DNA of 64,000 nt, taken from an uncultured Verrucomicrobiales bacterium. GTDB taxonomy: Bacteria > Verrucomicrobiota > Verrucomicrobiia > Verrucomicrobiales > DEV007. The DNA is taken from the NCBI GenBank assembly GCA_938091905.1, contig CALKOM010000046.1, positions 1-64,000 on the forward strand. Reading direction: 5' to 3'. Position 1 is the first letter of the stretch, and every line of letters starts with the position of its first letter. Positions 40,777 to 51,447 of this stretch are shown piece by piece. The position numbers and the translations under genes were made by a program. The notes beneath the pieces are model-generated. The model was not told the DNA's origin. It saw nothing but the letters and a program-made list of their open reading frames with translations, and searched no databases.

Positions 40777-42282
40777 ATGGTGAACGCAATTGACTCAGCG
40801 CTGCTTAAAATGCAGGGCATTACCAAGACCTTTCCTGGGGTGCGGGCTCTCATCGATGTTGATCTCACGCTTGGGCATGGGGAAGTTCTGGCGCTGCTCG
40901 GGGAGAATGGGGCGGGGAAGAGCACCTTGATCAAGGTGTTGAGCGGAGCTCACCAACCTGATTCAGGGTCTGTTAGCGTAAATGGAGAGGCTGTCGAGAT
41001 CCGCCAGCCAGCAGATGCTGAGCGTTACGGTATTGCCGTGATCTATCAAGAGTTTAACCTGATTCCGGCATTGTCGGTCACGGATAATGTGTTTCTTGGC
41101 AACGAGCGTTGCAAGAAGGGGCTCTTTGTCGATCGAACCGGTCAAAATCAACTCGTTACGAATCTATTAGAGAAGATTGGGGTAGATCTCGATCCAGATA
41201 GACTGGTGAAAGATCTTACGGTTGCTCAACAGCAGACCGTGGAGATCGTGAAAGCGTTATCGAGGAACGCGTCGATTCTTGTCATGGATGAGCCGAGCGC
41301 TGCGCTGTCTCACAAAGAAGTGGATCGTATGTGTGCTACCGTTGATGAGTTGAGAGGGCAGGGTATGGGCATCATCTATATCAGTCATCGCTTGGACGAG
41401 ATCGATCGGTTAGCCGATCGCGTGTCTATCTTGAGAGATGGCTGTCATATTGCGACCATGTCTGCCAAGGATGTCGAGCGCGACGAATTGATCGAGCTGA
41501 TGGTCGGCCGCAAACTCGAGAATGAGTTTCCTGAGAGGCGGGTCGAAGTGGGTGAGCCGCGTTTGACTGTCGATAACCTCAGACAGTCAAACCGTAGCGA
41601 GCCCGTCTCTTTTGAGATTCGGCGGGGTGAAGTGGTCGGTCTTACCGGGCTAGTCGGGGCAGGGCGAACGGAACTTGCCAGGGTTCTCTTTGGGGCCGAT
41701 CCTCATGTAGACGGTAAACTATCGTTAGACGGTAAGCCGCTTCGTCTCAAGGATCCCCGTGAAGCGATTGCCGCAGGTATCTGTCTGCTGACAGAGGATC
41801 GCAAGGAACAGGGGCTCATCCTTGGACTCTCCGTGCGCGAGAACTTTGGACTCCCGAATCTCGACCAGTTCAATCGAGCCGGTTTGCTCCGGCAAGGAGA
41901 AGAGCGAGCTGCTTTTGAGAAATACGTCGACAAGTTTAACATTCGAGTGCCCCACAGTGAGCAGCGGGCAGGCTATCTGTCCGGCGGAAATCAGCAGAAG
42001 GTGGTTCTAGCGAAGTGGCTATTTCGGAATACGGAAGTTCTCCTCTTTGACGAGCCTACTCGTGGAATCGATGTCGGTGCTAAGTTCGAGATTTATCAGT
42101 TGATCAATGAATTGGCAGCGGCTGGCAAAGCCATTCTCATGATCAGCTCGGAACTTCCTGAGGTCATCGGTATGAGTGACCGGATCCTTGTCATGCGTGA
42201 GGGAGCCATCGAGGGCGAGATTACCGACATGAAATCGGTCACCCAAGAAGCCATTCTCAGCTTGGCGATGGGGGAAGGGTGA
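40777..42282 (+). CDS. Sugar ABC transporter ATP-binding protein (RbsA-like)
   Basis: GENGAGKSTL, LSGGNQQKV, DEPTRGIDVGAK. Confidence 0.95.
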   Translation: MVNAIDSALLKMQGITKTFPGVRALIDVDLTLGHGEVLALLGENGAGKSTLIKVLSGAHQPDSGSVSVNGEAVEIRQPADAERYGIAVIYQEFNLIPALSVTDNVFLGNERCKKGLFVDRTGQNQLVTNLLEKIGVDLDPDRLVKDLTVAQQQTVEIVKALSRNASILVMDEPSAALSHKEVDRMCATVDELRGQGMGIIYISHRLDEIDRLADRVSILRDGCHIATMSAKDVERDELIELMVGRKLENEFPERRVEVGEPRLTVDNLRQSNRSEPVSFEIRRGEVVGLTGLVGAGRTELARVLFGADPHVDGKLSLDGKPLRLKDPREAIAAGICLLTEDRKEQGLILGLSVRENFGLPNLDQFNRAGLLRQGEERAAFEKYVDKFNIRVPHSEQRAGYLSGGNQQKVVLAKWLFRNTEVLLFDEPTRGIDVGAKFEIYQLINELAAAGKAILMISSELPEVIGMSDRILVMREGAIEGEITDMKSVTQEAILSLAMGEG

Positions 42283-42289
42283 ACTGCGG

Positions 42290-44401
42290 CTAGGCGTCAT
42301 CCGCTTTCTGGTGATCGCAAATGATCTCAAGGAAATGTTTCAAGTATTTGTCAGCTTTCGCTTTGCCTACGCCTCGGATTCGCTCTCCCGCGACCCTGGT
42401 CTTTGGTTGAAGCCTTGTGAAGAACTCTAACGTTGCATTCGGGAAGATTTTATAGGGCGGCTGATTGCCAGCGAGTTCTTTACGTTTCTCTTTCAGCTTC
42501 GCGAAGAGTTCCTGATCAAATCCCAATTCTTCCAGCGCCGTATCGATTCCATCTGTTGTTGGTGACGCTGGTGTGTGTCGATCTGGGAATCGCAACCGAC
42601 ACGATTGGCGACCATGCATGACATCCGTTCCCTTTGTTGTTAGTGTGAGAAGTGGGTATTCGCCTGTGTTCGTGCGAACTAAACCCACTTCCTGCATCTC
42701 ACGAAAGAGAGTGTTCAGATACGCGGTTCCGACCTCTTTTAGAATTCCGTAGGTGCTCAACTCATCGAGGTTAGCGTTAAGAATCTCGCGGGATCGACTA
42801 CCCACCAGCATCTGCACAACACGACCGCGACCGAAACGACCTTCCCAGCCAGCGCGGGTCTTGATCGACATCCGTGCGACACCGCTCAACGCTTTGCGGA
42901 GTATTAAGGCTTCTTCGCTATTAGGTTCGCTATACTCGGTGCCACCTCGTGATCGACAGCGATCACAAGACCCGCAGACACCAGGCTCTTCCTCGCCAAA
43001 GTAGCGCAGAATGTCTTGCTGACGGCAGCTCGTGCTGTAGCAAATGTCGACCATGCCTTGAAGTTTGGCGCGGTCGCGGCGCTCTTTTTCGCGCATGGCT
43101 TCCCAATCTAAGCGGAGGCCGAATGCGTTGATTTCTGGCTTTAGCAACCGAGTGCCACGAAGGCGTTGTCCAGGGATATCGAATCTGGCCAGATAGTCTG
43201 CCCTGACTAAAACGCCAATGGCAGTGCTCAATGCCATGGTGTTCTTAAGATCTGCGCGTTCAGCGAGATCTTTCAAAGGTAAACGTACCTCGTGGCTTCC
43301 ATCGGCAGTCTGTTGCAAGCAACGATACACTTTCTGAATCACGTCAGAGCCAGGGTTATTGCCATCGATGAAGAACTCTTGCGTGCGCGTGTCAGCATAG
43401 TTGAAGAGCAACTCGCAAACTGACGGCTCTCCATCTCGGCCCGCTCGTCCGGCCTCTTGGTAATAGGCCTCCACGCTGCCTGGTACTTCGTAGTGAATGA
43501 CAAAGCGGACGTCGGACCGGTCGATACCCATTCCAAACGCGTTCGTTGCTACCGCGACCTGGCGCTTCTTCGTGATGAACAGCTCCTGAGCACGCGCACG
43601 TTGCTCATCGGTCATGCCACCGTGATAGGGAACGATCGAGAGCCTACGGGAATGCAAACGTTCAGTGAGGTCGTCCACGCTCTTTCTGGTTGCGCAGTAG
43701 ACAATTCCCGTCTTGTGCTCGTCGATAATAGCCTGGATACGATCAAACTTCTCCGCCTTCTTCTCCACATGCCGGATAGCCAGACTCAGGTTAGGGCGTT
43801 CAAATCCTGTGACACATTGATAGGGATCTCTCAGGCGGAGGTGCTTGAGAATGTCGTCGCGAACTTCTGGAGTGGCCGTCGCCGTCAGCGCTACGGTTTG
43901 GGGATTACCTAACCACTCCCGAGCTTGTCCCAGACGCACGTAATCTGGGCGGAAATCGTGACCCCACTGCGAGAGACAGTGGGCTTCATCGACGGCAAAG
44001 AGAGCAATCGTCGCTTCTTGAAGAGCTTCAGTGAAGCTACGGCTGCGAAACCTCTCCGGAGCAATGTAGACGAGCTTGTATTCCCCGTCCCGCATTTGCC
44101 GAATCCGCTCCTGCTGTTCTGCTTGCGGCACCGAACTGTTGATCATGGTCGCGGCAATCTTCTTCTCCGTGAGCGCATCCACTTGATCCTTCATCAGGGC
44201 AATAAGGGGACTGATCACGATCGTCACGCCTTCCATGACGAGGGCAGGCAGCTGATAGCAGAGCGACTTGCCACCGCCTGTCGGCATCACCACGAGTCCA
44301 TCTTGACCACTGAGGATGGAGGAAATGATCGCCTCCTGTCCATGTAGGAATTGGCGATGGCCAAAGTACTTTTCTAGGGCTTCCAGGGGATCGCGTGTCA
44401 T
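42290..44401 (-). CDS. recQ: RecQ-family ATP-dependent DNA helicase
   Basis: [34 protein letters not shown], Zn motif, RQC and HRDC regions. Confidence 0.93.
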   Translation of the reverse strand: MTRDPLEALEKYFGHRQFLHGQEAIISSILSGQDGLVVMPTGGGKSLCYQLPALVMEGVTIVISPLIALMKDQVDALTEKKIAATMINSSVPQAEQQERIRQMRDGEYKLVYIAPERFRSRSFTEALQEATIALFAVDEAHCLSQWGHDFRPDYVRLGQAREWLGNPQTVALTATATPEVRDDILKHLRLRDPYQCVTGFERPNLSLAIRHVEKKAEKFDRIQAIIDEHKTGIVYCATRKSVDDLTERLHSRRLSIVPYHGGMTDEQRARAQELFITKKRQVAVATNAFGMGIDRSDVRFVIHYEVPGSVEAYYQEAGRAGRDGEPSVCELLFNYADTRTQEFFIDGNNPGSDVIQKVYRCLQQTADGSHEVRLPLKDLAERADLKNTMALSTAIGVLVRADYLARFDIPGQRLRGTRLLKPEINAFGLRLDWEAMREKERRDRAKLQGMVDICYSTSCRQQDILRYFGEEEPGVCGSCDRCRSRGGTEYSEPNSEEALILRKALSGVARMSIKTRAGWEGRFGRGRVVQMLVGSRSREILNANLDELSTYGILKEVGTAYLNTLFREMQEVGLVRTNTGEYPLLTLTTKGTDVMHGRQSCRLRFPDRHTPASPTTDGIDTALEELGFDQELFAKLKEKRKELAGNQPPYKIFPNATLEFFTRLQPKTRVAGERIRGVGKAKADKYLKHFLEIICDHQKADDA

Positions 44402-44495
44402 ACTCTCCCTCCCACATTACAGCGAGTCCACACCTCGCCTAGAAGAAATCTTCCAACCTTGACCATGCCCTCTGGACTGGGCTTACAGTAGAGAC

Positions 44496-46061
44496 ATGTT
44501 CATGAAGCCAACTCTACTGGTCACGATCTGCGTGGCTTTGGTCGCCAATGCTTGTGCATATGATCTCATCCTGCGTCATCGACTGGAGAGTAAAGGCAAA
44601 TTCAGTCTAGCAGAGAAGCGAGAAACATGGCAGCCTGAGGAAACCGCCATCATCGTCTGTGACATGTGGGATGCACATCATTGTCTCAATGCCACCCGTC
44701 GCGGTGGTGAGTTGGCGCCACGAATGAACGCCGTCCTCAAGGCGGCGCGAGAGCAGGGATCGCTCATCATTCATGCGCCTTCTTCCTGTGTCGGCTTTTA
44801 CAAGGATCACCCGGCTAGGACTCGGGCGTTGGCTGCTCCCAAAGTGAGTAATGTCCCGAAAGGAATCGAAGAGTGGTTGAACTGGATTGATGAACGCGAA
44901 GAGAACGCTCAGTATCCGATCGATCACTCTGACGGGGGAGAGGACGACGATCCGAAGGAACATGCTGACTGGGCCAAAGAACTTGAGTCCAAAGGGCTCA
45001 ATCCACGTGCTCCGTGGACACGCCAGACTGCGGGATTGACCATTGATCCTGAGAAGGACGCGATCACAGACGAAGGCGTGGTGACTTGGAACTTGTTGGA
45101 ACAGCACAAGATCAAGAATGTCATCTTGCTGGGAGTTCATACAAATATGTGCGTGTTAGGTCGCCCCTTTGGGCTTAGGCAAATGGCAAAGAATGGGAAG
45201 AACGTCGTTCTCATGCGTGACATGACGGACACCATGTACAATCCGAAGATGCCGCCCTATGTGAGCCACTATCGCGGCACAGATCTGATTATTGAGCACG
45301 TCGAGAAATTCGTCTGTCCGACGATTACGAGTGATCAATTGCTTGGCGGAGCCCCCTTTCATTTTAAGGATGATTCCCGTAAGGATCTTGTTCTCCTCAT
45401 CGGGGAGAAGGAATATGAGACGAAAGAAACGCTCCCCGCCTTTGCTGAGAAGCATCTCGCGAAGGACTTTCGGATTCACACCATTCATGCGAGTCCCGAG
45501 AAACGTAACGAGTTTCCTGGAATCGAAGCAGTGAGTGAGGCGGACCTGCTAGGCATCAGCATACGCCGTCGTAGTCTTCCCGAGGCGCAGCTGAATCTTG
45601 TTCGTACCTACGTCTCCTCAGGGAAACCGATCTTTGGAATTCGCACGGCAAGCCATGCCTTCTCCCTCCGTGGTGACCCAGCTCCTGCGGGGCACGCCTT
45701 GTGGGAACGTTTTGATGGAGCCATCCTTGGTGGACATTACACGGGCCATCATGGTAACAAAGTGGCCACGTTTGCTTGGGCTGCGGAATCAGGAAACAGC
45801 CATCCCATCCTAAAAGGGGTGACGCGAAACGAATATCCAACCGGAGGAAGCCTCTATCAAGTGTTGCCATTGTCGCGCAACACGCAAGTGCTGCTCGTTG
45901 GTCGTGCTGGTGACATTCTGCCGCATGAGCCTGTCGCTTGGACTCATGAAACGCAATCAGGGAGCAAAGTGTTCTACACATCATTGGGCCATGTGAAGGA
46001 CTTCGAGAACAGCGCATTCGTTACGATGCTAGGGAACGCATGCCGGTGGTTGGTAAAGTAG
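44496..46061 (+). CDS. Isochorismatase-family + ThuA-like domain secreted protein
   Basis: IIVCDMWD.H, GVHTNMCV; C-terminal GIRTASHAF..FYTSLGH. Confidence 0.85.
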   Translation: MFMKPTLLVTICVALVANACAYDLILRHRLESKGKFSLAEKRETWQPEETAIIVCDMWDAHHCLNATRRGGELAPRMNAVLKAAREQGSLIIHAPSSCVGFYKDHPARTRALAAPKVSNVPKGIEEWLNWIDEREENAQYPIDHSDGGEDDDPKEHADWAKELESKGLNPRAPWTRQTAGLTIDPEKDAITDEGVVTWNLLEQHKIKNVILLGVHTNMCVLGRPFGLRQMAKNGKNVVLMRDMTDTMYNPKMPPYVSHYRGTDLIIEHVEKFVCPTITSDQLLGGAPFHFKDDSRKDLVLLIGEKEYETKETLPAFAEKHLAKDFRIHTIHASPEKRNEFPGIEAVSEADLLGISIRRRSLPEAQLNLVRTYVSSGKPIFGIRTASHAFSLRGDPAPAGHALWERFDGAILGGHYTGHHGNKVATFAWAAESGNSHPILKGVTRNEYPTGGSLYQVLPLSRNTQVLLVGRAGDILPHEPVAWTHETQSGSKVFYTSLGHVKDFENSAFVTMLGNACRWLVK

Positions 46062-46068
46062 AACACTG

Positions 46069-47469
46069 ATGAAGACTCAATCATTCAGAATTCTTTTGGG
46101 TTTCTTTGCGATCGCGCTTCTTTCCACCGGGGGAGCGGTAGCGAAGACTAACATCGTATTTATTTTCGCTGACGACTGGGGCTGGGGTGATTTGAGTTGT
46201 CATGGCCACCCGTATGTGAAAACGCCCAACATCGATCGTATTGCGAAAGAGGGGACAGATTTCTATCGCTTTACTACGGCGAGTGGCGTGTGCTCGCCGA
46301 GTCGAACGGCGGTCATGACGGGTCATTTCCCGGCTCGGTATAACATCGACGGTCACTTCGCTTGGGTGCCAAGCAATGCGAAGCGGAACATGCCAGATTG
46401 GTTGGATCCGAAAGCGCCCTTGCTTCCTCGGTTCTTGAAGGAGGCTGGCTATGCGACCGCCCATTTTGGGAAGTGGCACCTTGCGAACAACATGATTCCT
46501 GATTCCCCGTTGCCCAGTGAGTACGGCTACGATGCCTACGGTGCCTTCAATTGCGCAGGAGAGCAGATGCCGGTGCACGAAGACGCTCGTCATGCCATTG
46601 ACTTCATTGAGAAGAGCCATGCTGAGGAGAAGCCGTTCTTCATTAATCTTTGGCTGCACGAACCACACACGCCATTTCATACCGTGCCCAAGTACCGATG
46701 GCGTTTCCGTGATCTCGAAGAGGCTGACAATATCTACGCGTCTGTTTTATCTCATGCGGATGATAGGGTCGGAGAGGTCTTGGATGCATTGGATCGGCTA
46801 GAGTTGGCAGATGACACCTTGGTAATCTTTAGCTCTGACAATGGTCCGGCTCGTGCCTCTCGACCGACGAAGCTAGAATTGACTCACGATACGGCGACGG
46901 GAGCTGGTTATGGTATTGGCGCGGCTAAAGGGGTGACCGGTGGACGCCGAGGTTACAAGGGTGCTCTCTTCGAAGGGGGGATTGGCGTTCCCTTCCTGGC
47001 CCGTTGGCCAGGAAAGATCGCAGCAGGGGCTGTGGACAAGAGGTCGGTGGTTTCTGCGGTCGATTTGTTGCCCACGTTCTGTGAAATTGCGGGCGTGGCG
47101 TTGCCGTCCAGCTATGTTCCTGACGGGGTCAGTCAGGTTCGTGCACTGATGGGCAAGGCGCAGCCACCGCGGAAGAATCCGTTGTTCTGGAAGATGCAAG
47201 CGGCCTGGCCTCCTAGAAAGACGAGACCGGATCACTGGGTGTCGTATGCCATTGTCGATCAGCATTGGAAATTGGTGACAAACAAAGATGCCAGTCACCG
47301 GGAGTTGTTTGACCTCAAAGCAGACCCTTTCGAGAAGCGCGATCTGAAGTCCGAGAATCCGGCGATCGTTGATCAGTTAGGCAAGAAACTCGAACAATGG
47401 AAGGCAACGCTTCCGCTCAAGCCCACTGGAGACGTCTTTTCAAAAGAGAGGGTGTCCTCAGATCAATGA
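46069..47469 (+). CDS. Sulfatase (Cys-type)
   Basis: NIVFIFADD, CSPSR, GKWHL, SSDNG. Confidence 0.93.
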   Translation: MKTQSFRILLGFFAIALLSTGGAVAKTNIVFIFADDWGWGDLSCHGHPYVKTPNIDRIAKEGTDFYRFTTASGVCSPSRTAVMTGHFPARYNIDGHFAWVPSNAKRNMPDWLDPKAPLLPRFLKEAGYATAHFGKWHLANNMIPDSPLPSEYGYDAYGAFNCAGEQMPVHEDARHAIDFIEKSHAEEKPFFINLWLHEPHTPFHTVPKYRWRFRDLEEADNIYASVLSHADDRVGEVLDALDRLELADDTLVIFSSDNGPARASRPTKLELTHDTATGAGYGIGAAKGVTGGRRGYKGALFEGGIGVPFLARWPGKIAAGAVDKRSVVSAVDLLPTFCEIAGVALPSSYVPDGVSQVRALMGKAQPPRKNPLFWKMQAAWPPRKTRPDHWVSYAIVDQHWKLVTNKDASHRELFDLKADPFEKRDLKSENPAIVDQLGKKLEQWKATLPLKPTGDVFSKERVSSDQ

Positions 47470-47479
47470 GCTATTACCT

Positions 47480-48337
47480 ATGAATACAATGTATCGTCTG
47501 ACGATCAGTGCTTCCGACTTGCACGACCTCATTGGTAGTGACCATCTCGTGATCGTTGATTGTCGAACGTCACTCACAGATGCTCATTACGGAAAACTTT
47601 CCTATGCCGAAGGGCACCTGCCAGGAGCCCGGTTTGCCGATCTTGAGAAGGATCTTTCACAGCACACAGACGCTGCGTTGGGGAGACATCCCTTGCCGGA
47701 ATCAGAGTCGTTCCTGATGTTTGTGAGGTCGCTCGGGATCAGTAACGATAGCCAGGTGGTCGTCTATGATGATGTGAGTGGGGCGATCGCAGGGCGGTTG
47801 TGGTGGATGTTGTCTCGTTGGATGAATCACGAAGCTGTCGCCGTGTTGGATGGAGGCTTTGCTCACTGGCAGGATAAAGGTTACCCGATTACTCGTCGTG
47901 TGCGTGGACCTAAATTGGGAACCTTTCAAGCGGAAGCGAATGATGGCGCTTGGGTTCAAACCCATGAACTGGTCGAAATGCTGGCTAATAACGCTGTCAC
48001 CGTCGTGGATGCTCGTTCACCAGAGCGCTTTGCTGGGAAAGAAGAGCCGATCGATCCCGTGGCCGGCCACATTCCGGAGGCTGTAAATGCCTTTCTTGGA
48101 GAGAACCTTGAGAATGGTGTTTATGCTTCTGACAAAGCACTGAAGAACCGTTTCTCGTCTATTGTTTCGGACGCTGGGGGGGCGGACCAAGTTGTCCACA
48201 GTTGTGGGTCTGGGGTATCCGCAGTGCATAACATGATCGCCATGGAGAAGGCGGGCTTTGGGGGCTCGCGCCTCTACGTAGGCTCCTGGAGCGAGTGGAT
48301 TCGCGATCGTGAGCGACCGATTGCGACTTCTACTTAG
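47480..48337 (+). CDS. Sulfurtransferase (tandem rhodanese, SseA-like)
   Basis: GHLPGA, GHIP, CGSGVSA, YVGSWSEW. Confidence 0.92.
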   Translation: MNTMYRLTISASDLHDLIGSDHLVIVDCRTSLTDAHYGKLSYAEGHLPGARFADLEKDLSQHTDAALGRHPLPESESFLMFVRSLGISNDSQVVVYDDVSGAIAGRLWWMLSRWMNHEAVAVLDGGFAHWQDKGYPITRRVRGPKLGTFQAEANDGAWVQTHELVEMLANNAVTVVDARSPERFAGKEEPIDPVAGHIPEAVNAFLGENLENGVYASDKALKNRFSSIVSDAGGADQVVHSCGSGVSAVHNMIAMEKAGFGGSRLYVGSWSEWIRDRERPIATST

Positions 48338-48734
48338 GGGCGCCGAGGCGTTTTACGGCAGCCACCAGCTCGTCTTTCCCTTGGACGTGCGCCTTTAGGC
48401 TCCACAGCTCGTTGCCCTGCGGATCAGAGATAATGATGCCGTGTGAACCCAGCTGGCTATTGTGAAGTCTCTCTTGGCTAGCAGGCAAATGATAGTCGAC
48501 GGTTCGGAAATTTATTTTCGACCTATACTCTTTCTCAAGTTCACCCAACGAGGAAGAGAGTTCCTGGCATAGGAAGCAGTTGGGTATTTTATAGAAGGAT
48601 AACGTGGGTCGCATGACCTCAGGAATCCGTTGGCCGGTGTTCTGTGAATTTGCTCCACCTTCATCAGCGCAGCCTGTCAGGGCCATGGATAGAATAGCAC
48701 AGATAAGAATATGGATGGAGGTAGTGATTGGCAT
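48330..48734 (-). CDS. Thioredoxin-fold lipoprotein
   Basis: LTGC lipobox; CFLC motif. Confidence 0.65.
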   Translation of the reverse strand: MPITTSIHILICAILSMALTGCADEGGANSQNTGQRIPEVMRPTLSFYKIPNCFLCQELSSSLGELEKEYRSKINFRTVDYHLPASQERLHNSQLGSHGIIISDPQGNELWSLKAHVQGKDELVAAVKRLGAPK

Positions 48735-48758
48735 GACTAGTGTGATATGGGATGTGTA

Positions 48759-49925
48759 TCACGGGTTGAAGAAGTCGTCCAGCCACTGCGCGTATGCTGG
48801 AGGGCTGATGGTTTCTGTGTGTCCATAATCGTCGACTTGGATAAACTTGGCTTTGGTGTCCATGGCTTGGTGAAGGGCGACACTTTCCGTAAACGGAATG
48901 ATCTTATAGGAAGTGCCATGGACAATCAGGAGTTTCTCGGGTGGAATGTTTGCGATGTGATCAATTGGGCGATGAACGTCCAGATCGGCACCCGTCCACC
49001 ATTCGATCGTTTCAGGTCCGACAGCCCAGATGGGTGATCGAAGGGGGCCCAAATGGCGCAATATGACCTGGTCAGCAACGCGTCTTACCTCCGAGAAGGC
49101 AGCGTCAACAATGATTCTATCAAAGGTCTTTTTTGTGACTGCAGTAGTCAAGACGGCAGAGGCCTCCATCGAATAACCAAGTGCGTGCATTTGTATGTTA
49201 GGATGCTTTTTTGAAAGCTAGCTGTGAGCCGCTTTCACGTCTGCTGCTTCCTGCAGCACTATTGTCGTGGCGCGGCCTGGGCTATCGCCATGAGCAGGAA
49301 AGTCGATGATGAGCACACTGTGTCTCAAGTCATGAAGCAAACGAACCGGCTCCATAAAGTTTTCACGATTTGCATTGAGTCCGTGGGCGACGAATACGGC
49401 GCTCTGGGACTCGGGACTCGGGACTCGGGACTCGGGACTCGGGACTCGGGACTCGGGACTCGGGACTCGGGACTCGGGACTCGGGACTCGGGATCCGGGA
49501 TCCGGGATCCGGGATTCGGACAGTGCCAGCCTCTCAATGACATTCCACGTGTGTCGAATCACGACCTCCTCATACAATAGTCTCCAGTTCGAAGGTTTTC
49601 CCTTAGTAGCAACACGTTGTGGGTGAATCTGAAGTGTTGAGAGCAGAAACGGAAAAAAAGCTGAGAACAAGCACTGTTAGCCTAACGGTTAGACCAAGAG
49701 CGCGTCCTGAGCAGTTGTCGGCAAAGAATCGTTTGCAAAGGGCATGCAAGAGGCAATCGAGAACTTTGAGTGGCAGGATGAGCAGGGCAAACCACAAGAA
49801 TCCTGGACTCACTCTTTACTGGGATAAAGACCACCAAGCGTATGGGCTAGAAGGAAACCCCTTCCATCGCTAACCGCGAATAAGAGGATGGCGTATGCCA
49901 TGGTTCGTGTGAGCGTCGATTTCAT
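48759..49925 (-). pseudogene. Membrane-anchored alpha/beta hydrolase pseudogene with microsatellite expansion
   Basis: LRGW, VAHGLNANR, DFPAHGDS, GYSM, LLIVHG and GH fragments, with frameshifts and a TAG at 49218-49220. Confidence 0.8.
49406..49517. repeat. Heptamer tandem array: (GGGACTC)12 (GGGATCC)3 GGGATTC
   Basis: Counted directly: 16 units, 112 bp. Confidence 0.95.
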
Positions 49926-49946
49926 CACACTCTGTCGGCTACCTTA

Positions 49947-50945
49947 CTAGTTGCCCAATAGGGTCGTCTCAATCATAGAACCAGAATCACTTCTAGACTG
50001 AGGAAGGCCAGCGGTCACGTAGGTGCTATTAGGCACGCGTTGTTTGGTGTTAGACGACCGCTCTTGAGTCTTGGCTCCGGGAGCCGCTTTTTTACGCCGG
50101 AAGATCGAACCGATGGTCCAGCGCTTCTTGGGCTTTGCCTGCGGCGCGGGTGAAGGGCGCTTCCGCTGATCTGCAAGAATTTTGGCTGAGCGGGCACGTG
50201 GCTGCCATTTCGACCGTCGAATCGCCTGGTCATACTCGTCACGCGATCCATAGGGAGCGTATGGGTTCGCCTGGGGAATACGGGTCGAGTTCGTGGGCAT
50301 GAACGCGACTTGTTGGCGAAGAGTTTCCTCGCGCGAAACAGGCTCTGGCTTGCTCTTGAGCACACTTGGTTTCCAAGGAAGGAGTCGTAATCGTTTGGGA
50401 GGCTGCGTTTGCTTTACAGGTTGCACCTTCGGTGCGGGAGGCGTGTAAACAACAGGTCGCGACGTTTGTGGGGAGGGAATGACTTGGACAGGCTTCGCCT
50501 TCTTGTCAGGTTTTTTTTGTCTAACAGGCTTCTCTTTCCTAATGGGTTGCGGCTGTCGTGTCGGTGGAGCGTAACGAACGGCTTGTGCTCGTGCCGCTGG
50601 CCGGACTTTAGAAGGTGAAACTGGTGGCCTATGTTGATAGAGCGATACAGGTGCACTCCTAACCGCTACAGGCACACTTCTAACTGGAGGTTTCGGCTGC
50701 TGCAAGACTGGGCGCGCCCTTACTCGATTGGCCCATCGGTTAGGCGGGGCCGGAGGCATTCCGTAGGTATGGACTCGCCGCTGGCGCTCGCCCTCATCCA
50801 TGCCATTAAGATGCCGCACCCAAGTAGAGGAGGTAGGAGCAGCCTGATTTCCCGGCGTGAGGGACCGGAATTGAGGCGCTGCATGAAGGGAAGCCAGAGT
50901 GAGAATCCCGGCGGTGGCGCATGAGAGAAGATTGTGAGCCATCAT
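49947..50945 (-). CDS. Pro/Arg/Lys-rich secreted hypothetical protein
   Basis: 332-aa ORF with a signal-like N-terminus and low complexity. Confidence 0.65.
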   Translation of the reverse strand: MMAHNLLSCATAGILTLASLHAAPQFRSLTPGNQAAPTSSTWVRHLNGMDEGERQRRVHTYGMPPAPPNRWANRVRARPVLQQPKPPVRSVPVAVRSAPVSLYQHRPPVSPSKVRPAARAQAVRYAPPTRQPQPIRKEKPVRQKKPDKKAKPVQVIPSPQTSRPVVYTPPAPKVQPVKQTQPPKRLRLLPWKPSVLKSKPEPVSREETLRQQVAFMPTNSTRIPQANPYAPYGSRDEYDQAIRRSKWQPRARSAKILADQRKRPSPAPQAKPKKRWTIGSIFRRKKAAPGAKTQERSSNTKQRVPNSTYVTAGLPQSRSDSGSMIETTLLGN

Positions 50946-51034
50946 GATGATTAATCTATCTTAAACACTAATTTTATCAAAAACTAAATGCTCCTTAATT
51001 TGTTTCCTTCATATTTCTATAGAAGAGGCCAAAC

Positions 51035-51078
51035 GAAGGAACCCCCTACCACGTGTTTCCACGTGATAGAGGGCCTTC
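51035..51078 (-). terminator. Hairpin with GAAA tetraloop downstream of 51111-51431
   Basis: Minus strand GAAGGCCCTCTATCACGTG-GAAA-CACGTGGTAGGGGGTTCCTTC; the G-U pairs favour the minus strand. Confidence 0.6.
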
Positions 51079-51110
51079 TCCATCGTGACAAAAAATTGTT
51101 TATCCAGTTT

Positions 51111-51431
51111 CTAACGCATCACCGTCAGCATCCGATCGACGAACCAGATGGAGGCCATGAAGAACAGAAATAGGAGGAGGAGAAGCTTGCCTCCGTAGTA
51201 GTAACTGTCTCGCTGTACGCGCTTCAAATCAGATCGATTAGGAACCGCCGACTCACGAACCATGTCGTCTGGGGGAGGGATCAGATAGCGGGATTCCTCT
51301 TGGAGTATCGGCGCTGCATTCAGGAACGTTTTGAGTACGTCGAGCTCAAATTCGAGCTCCTCCGCTTCACGGGCCAGAGTTTCCTGACGCTGACGGATAG
51401 GGCTCAAAGCTTTGTTGAATAGGCGGCGCAT
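51111..51431 (-). CDS. Hypothetical coiled-coil protein with C-terminal TM helix
   Basis: 106-aa ORF. Confidence 0.7.
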   Translation of the reverse strand: MRRLFNKALSPIRQRQETLAREAEELEFELDVLKTFLNAAPILQEESRYLIPPPDDMVRESAVPNRSDLKRVQRDSYYYGGKLLLLLFLFFMASIWFVDRMLTVMR

Positions 51432-51447
51432 GGCAAGCGGTCCTGGT

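Noticed and set aside
49406..49517. CRISPR array
   Set aside because: Contiguous 7-mers with no spacers and no cas genes.
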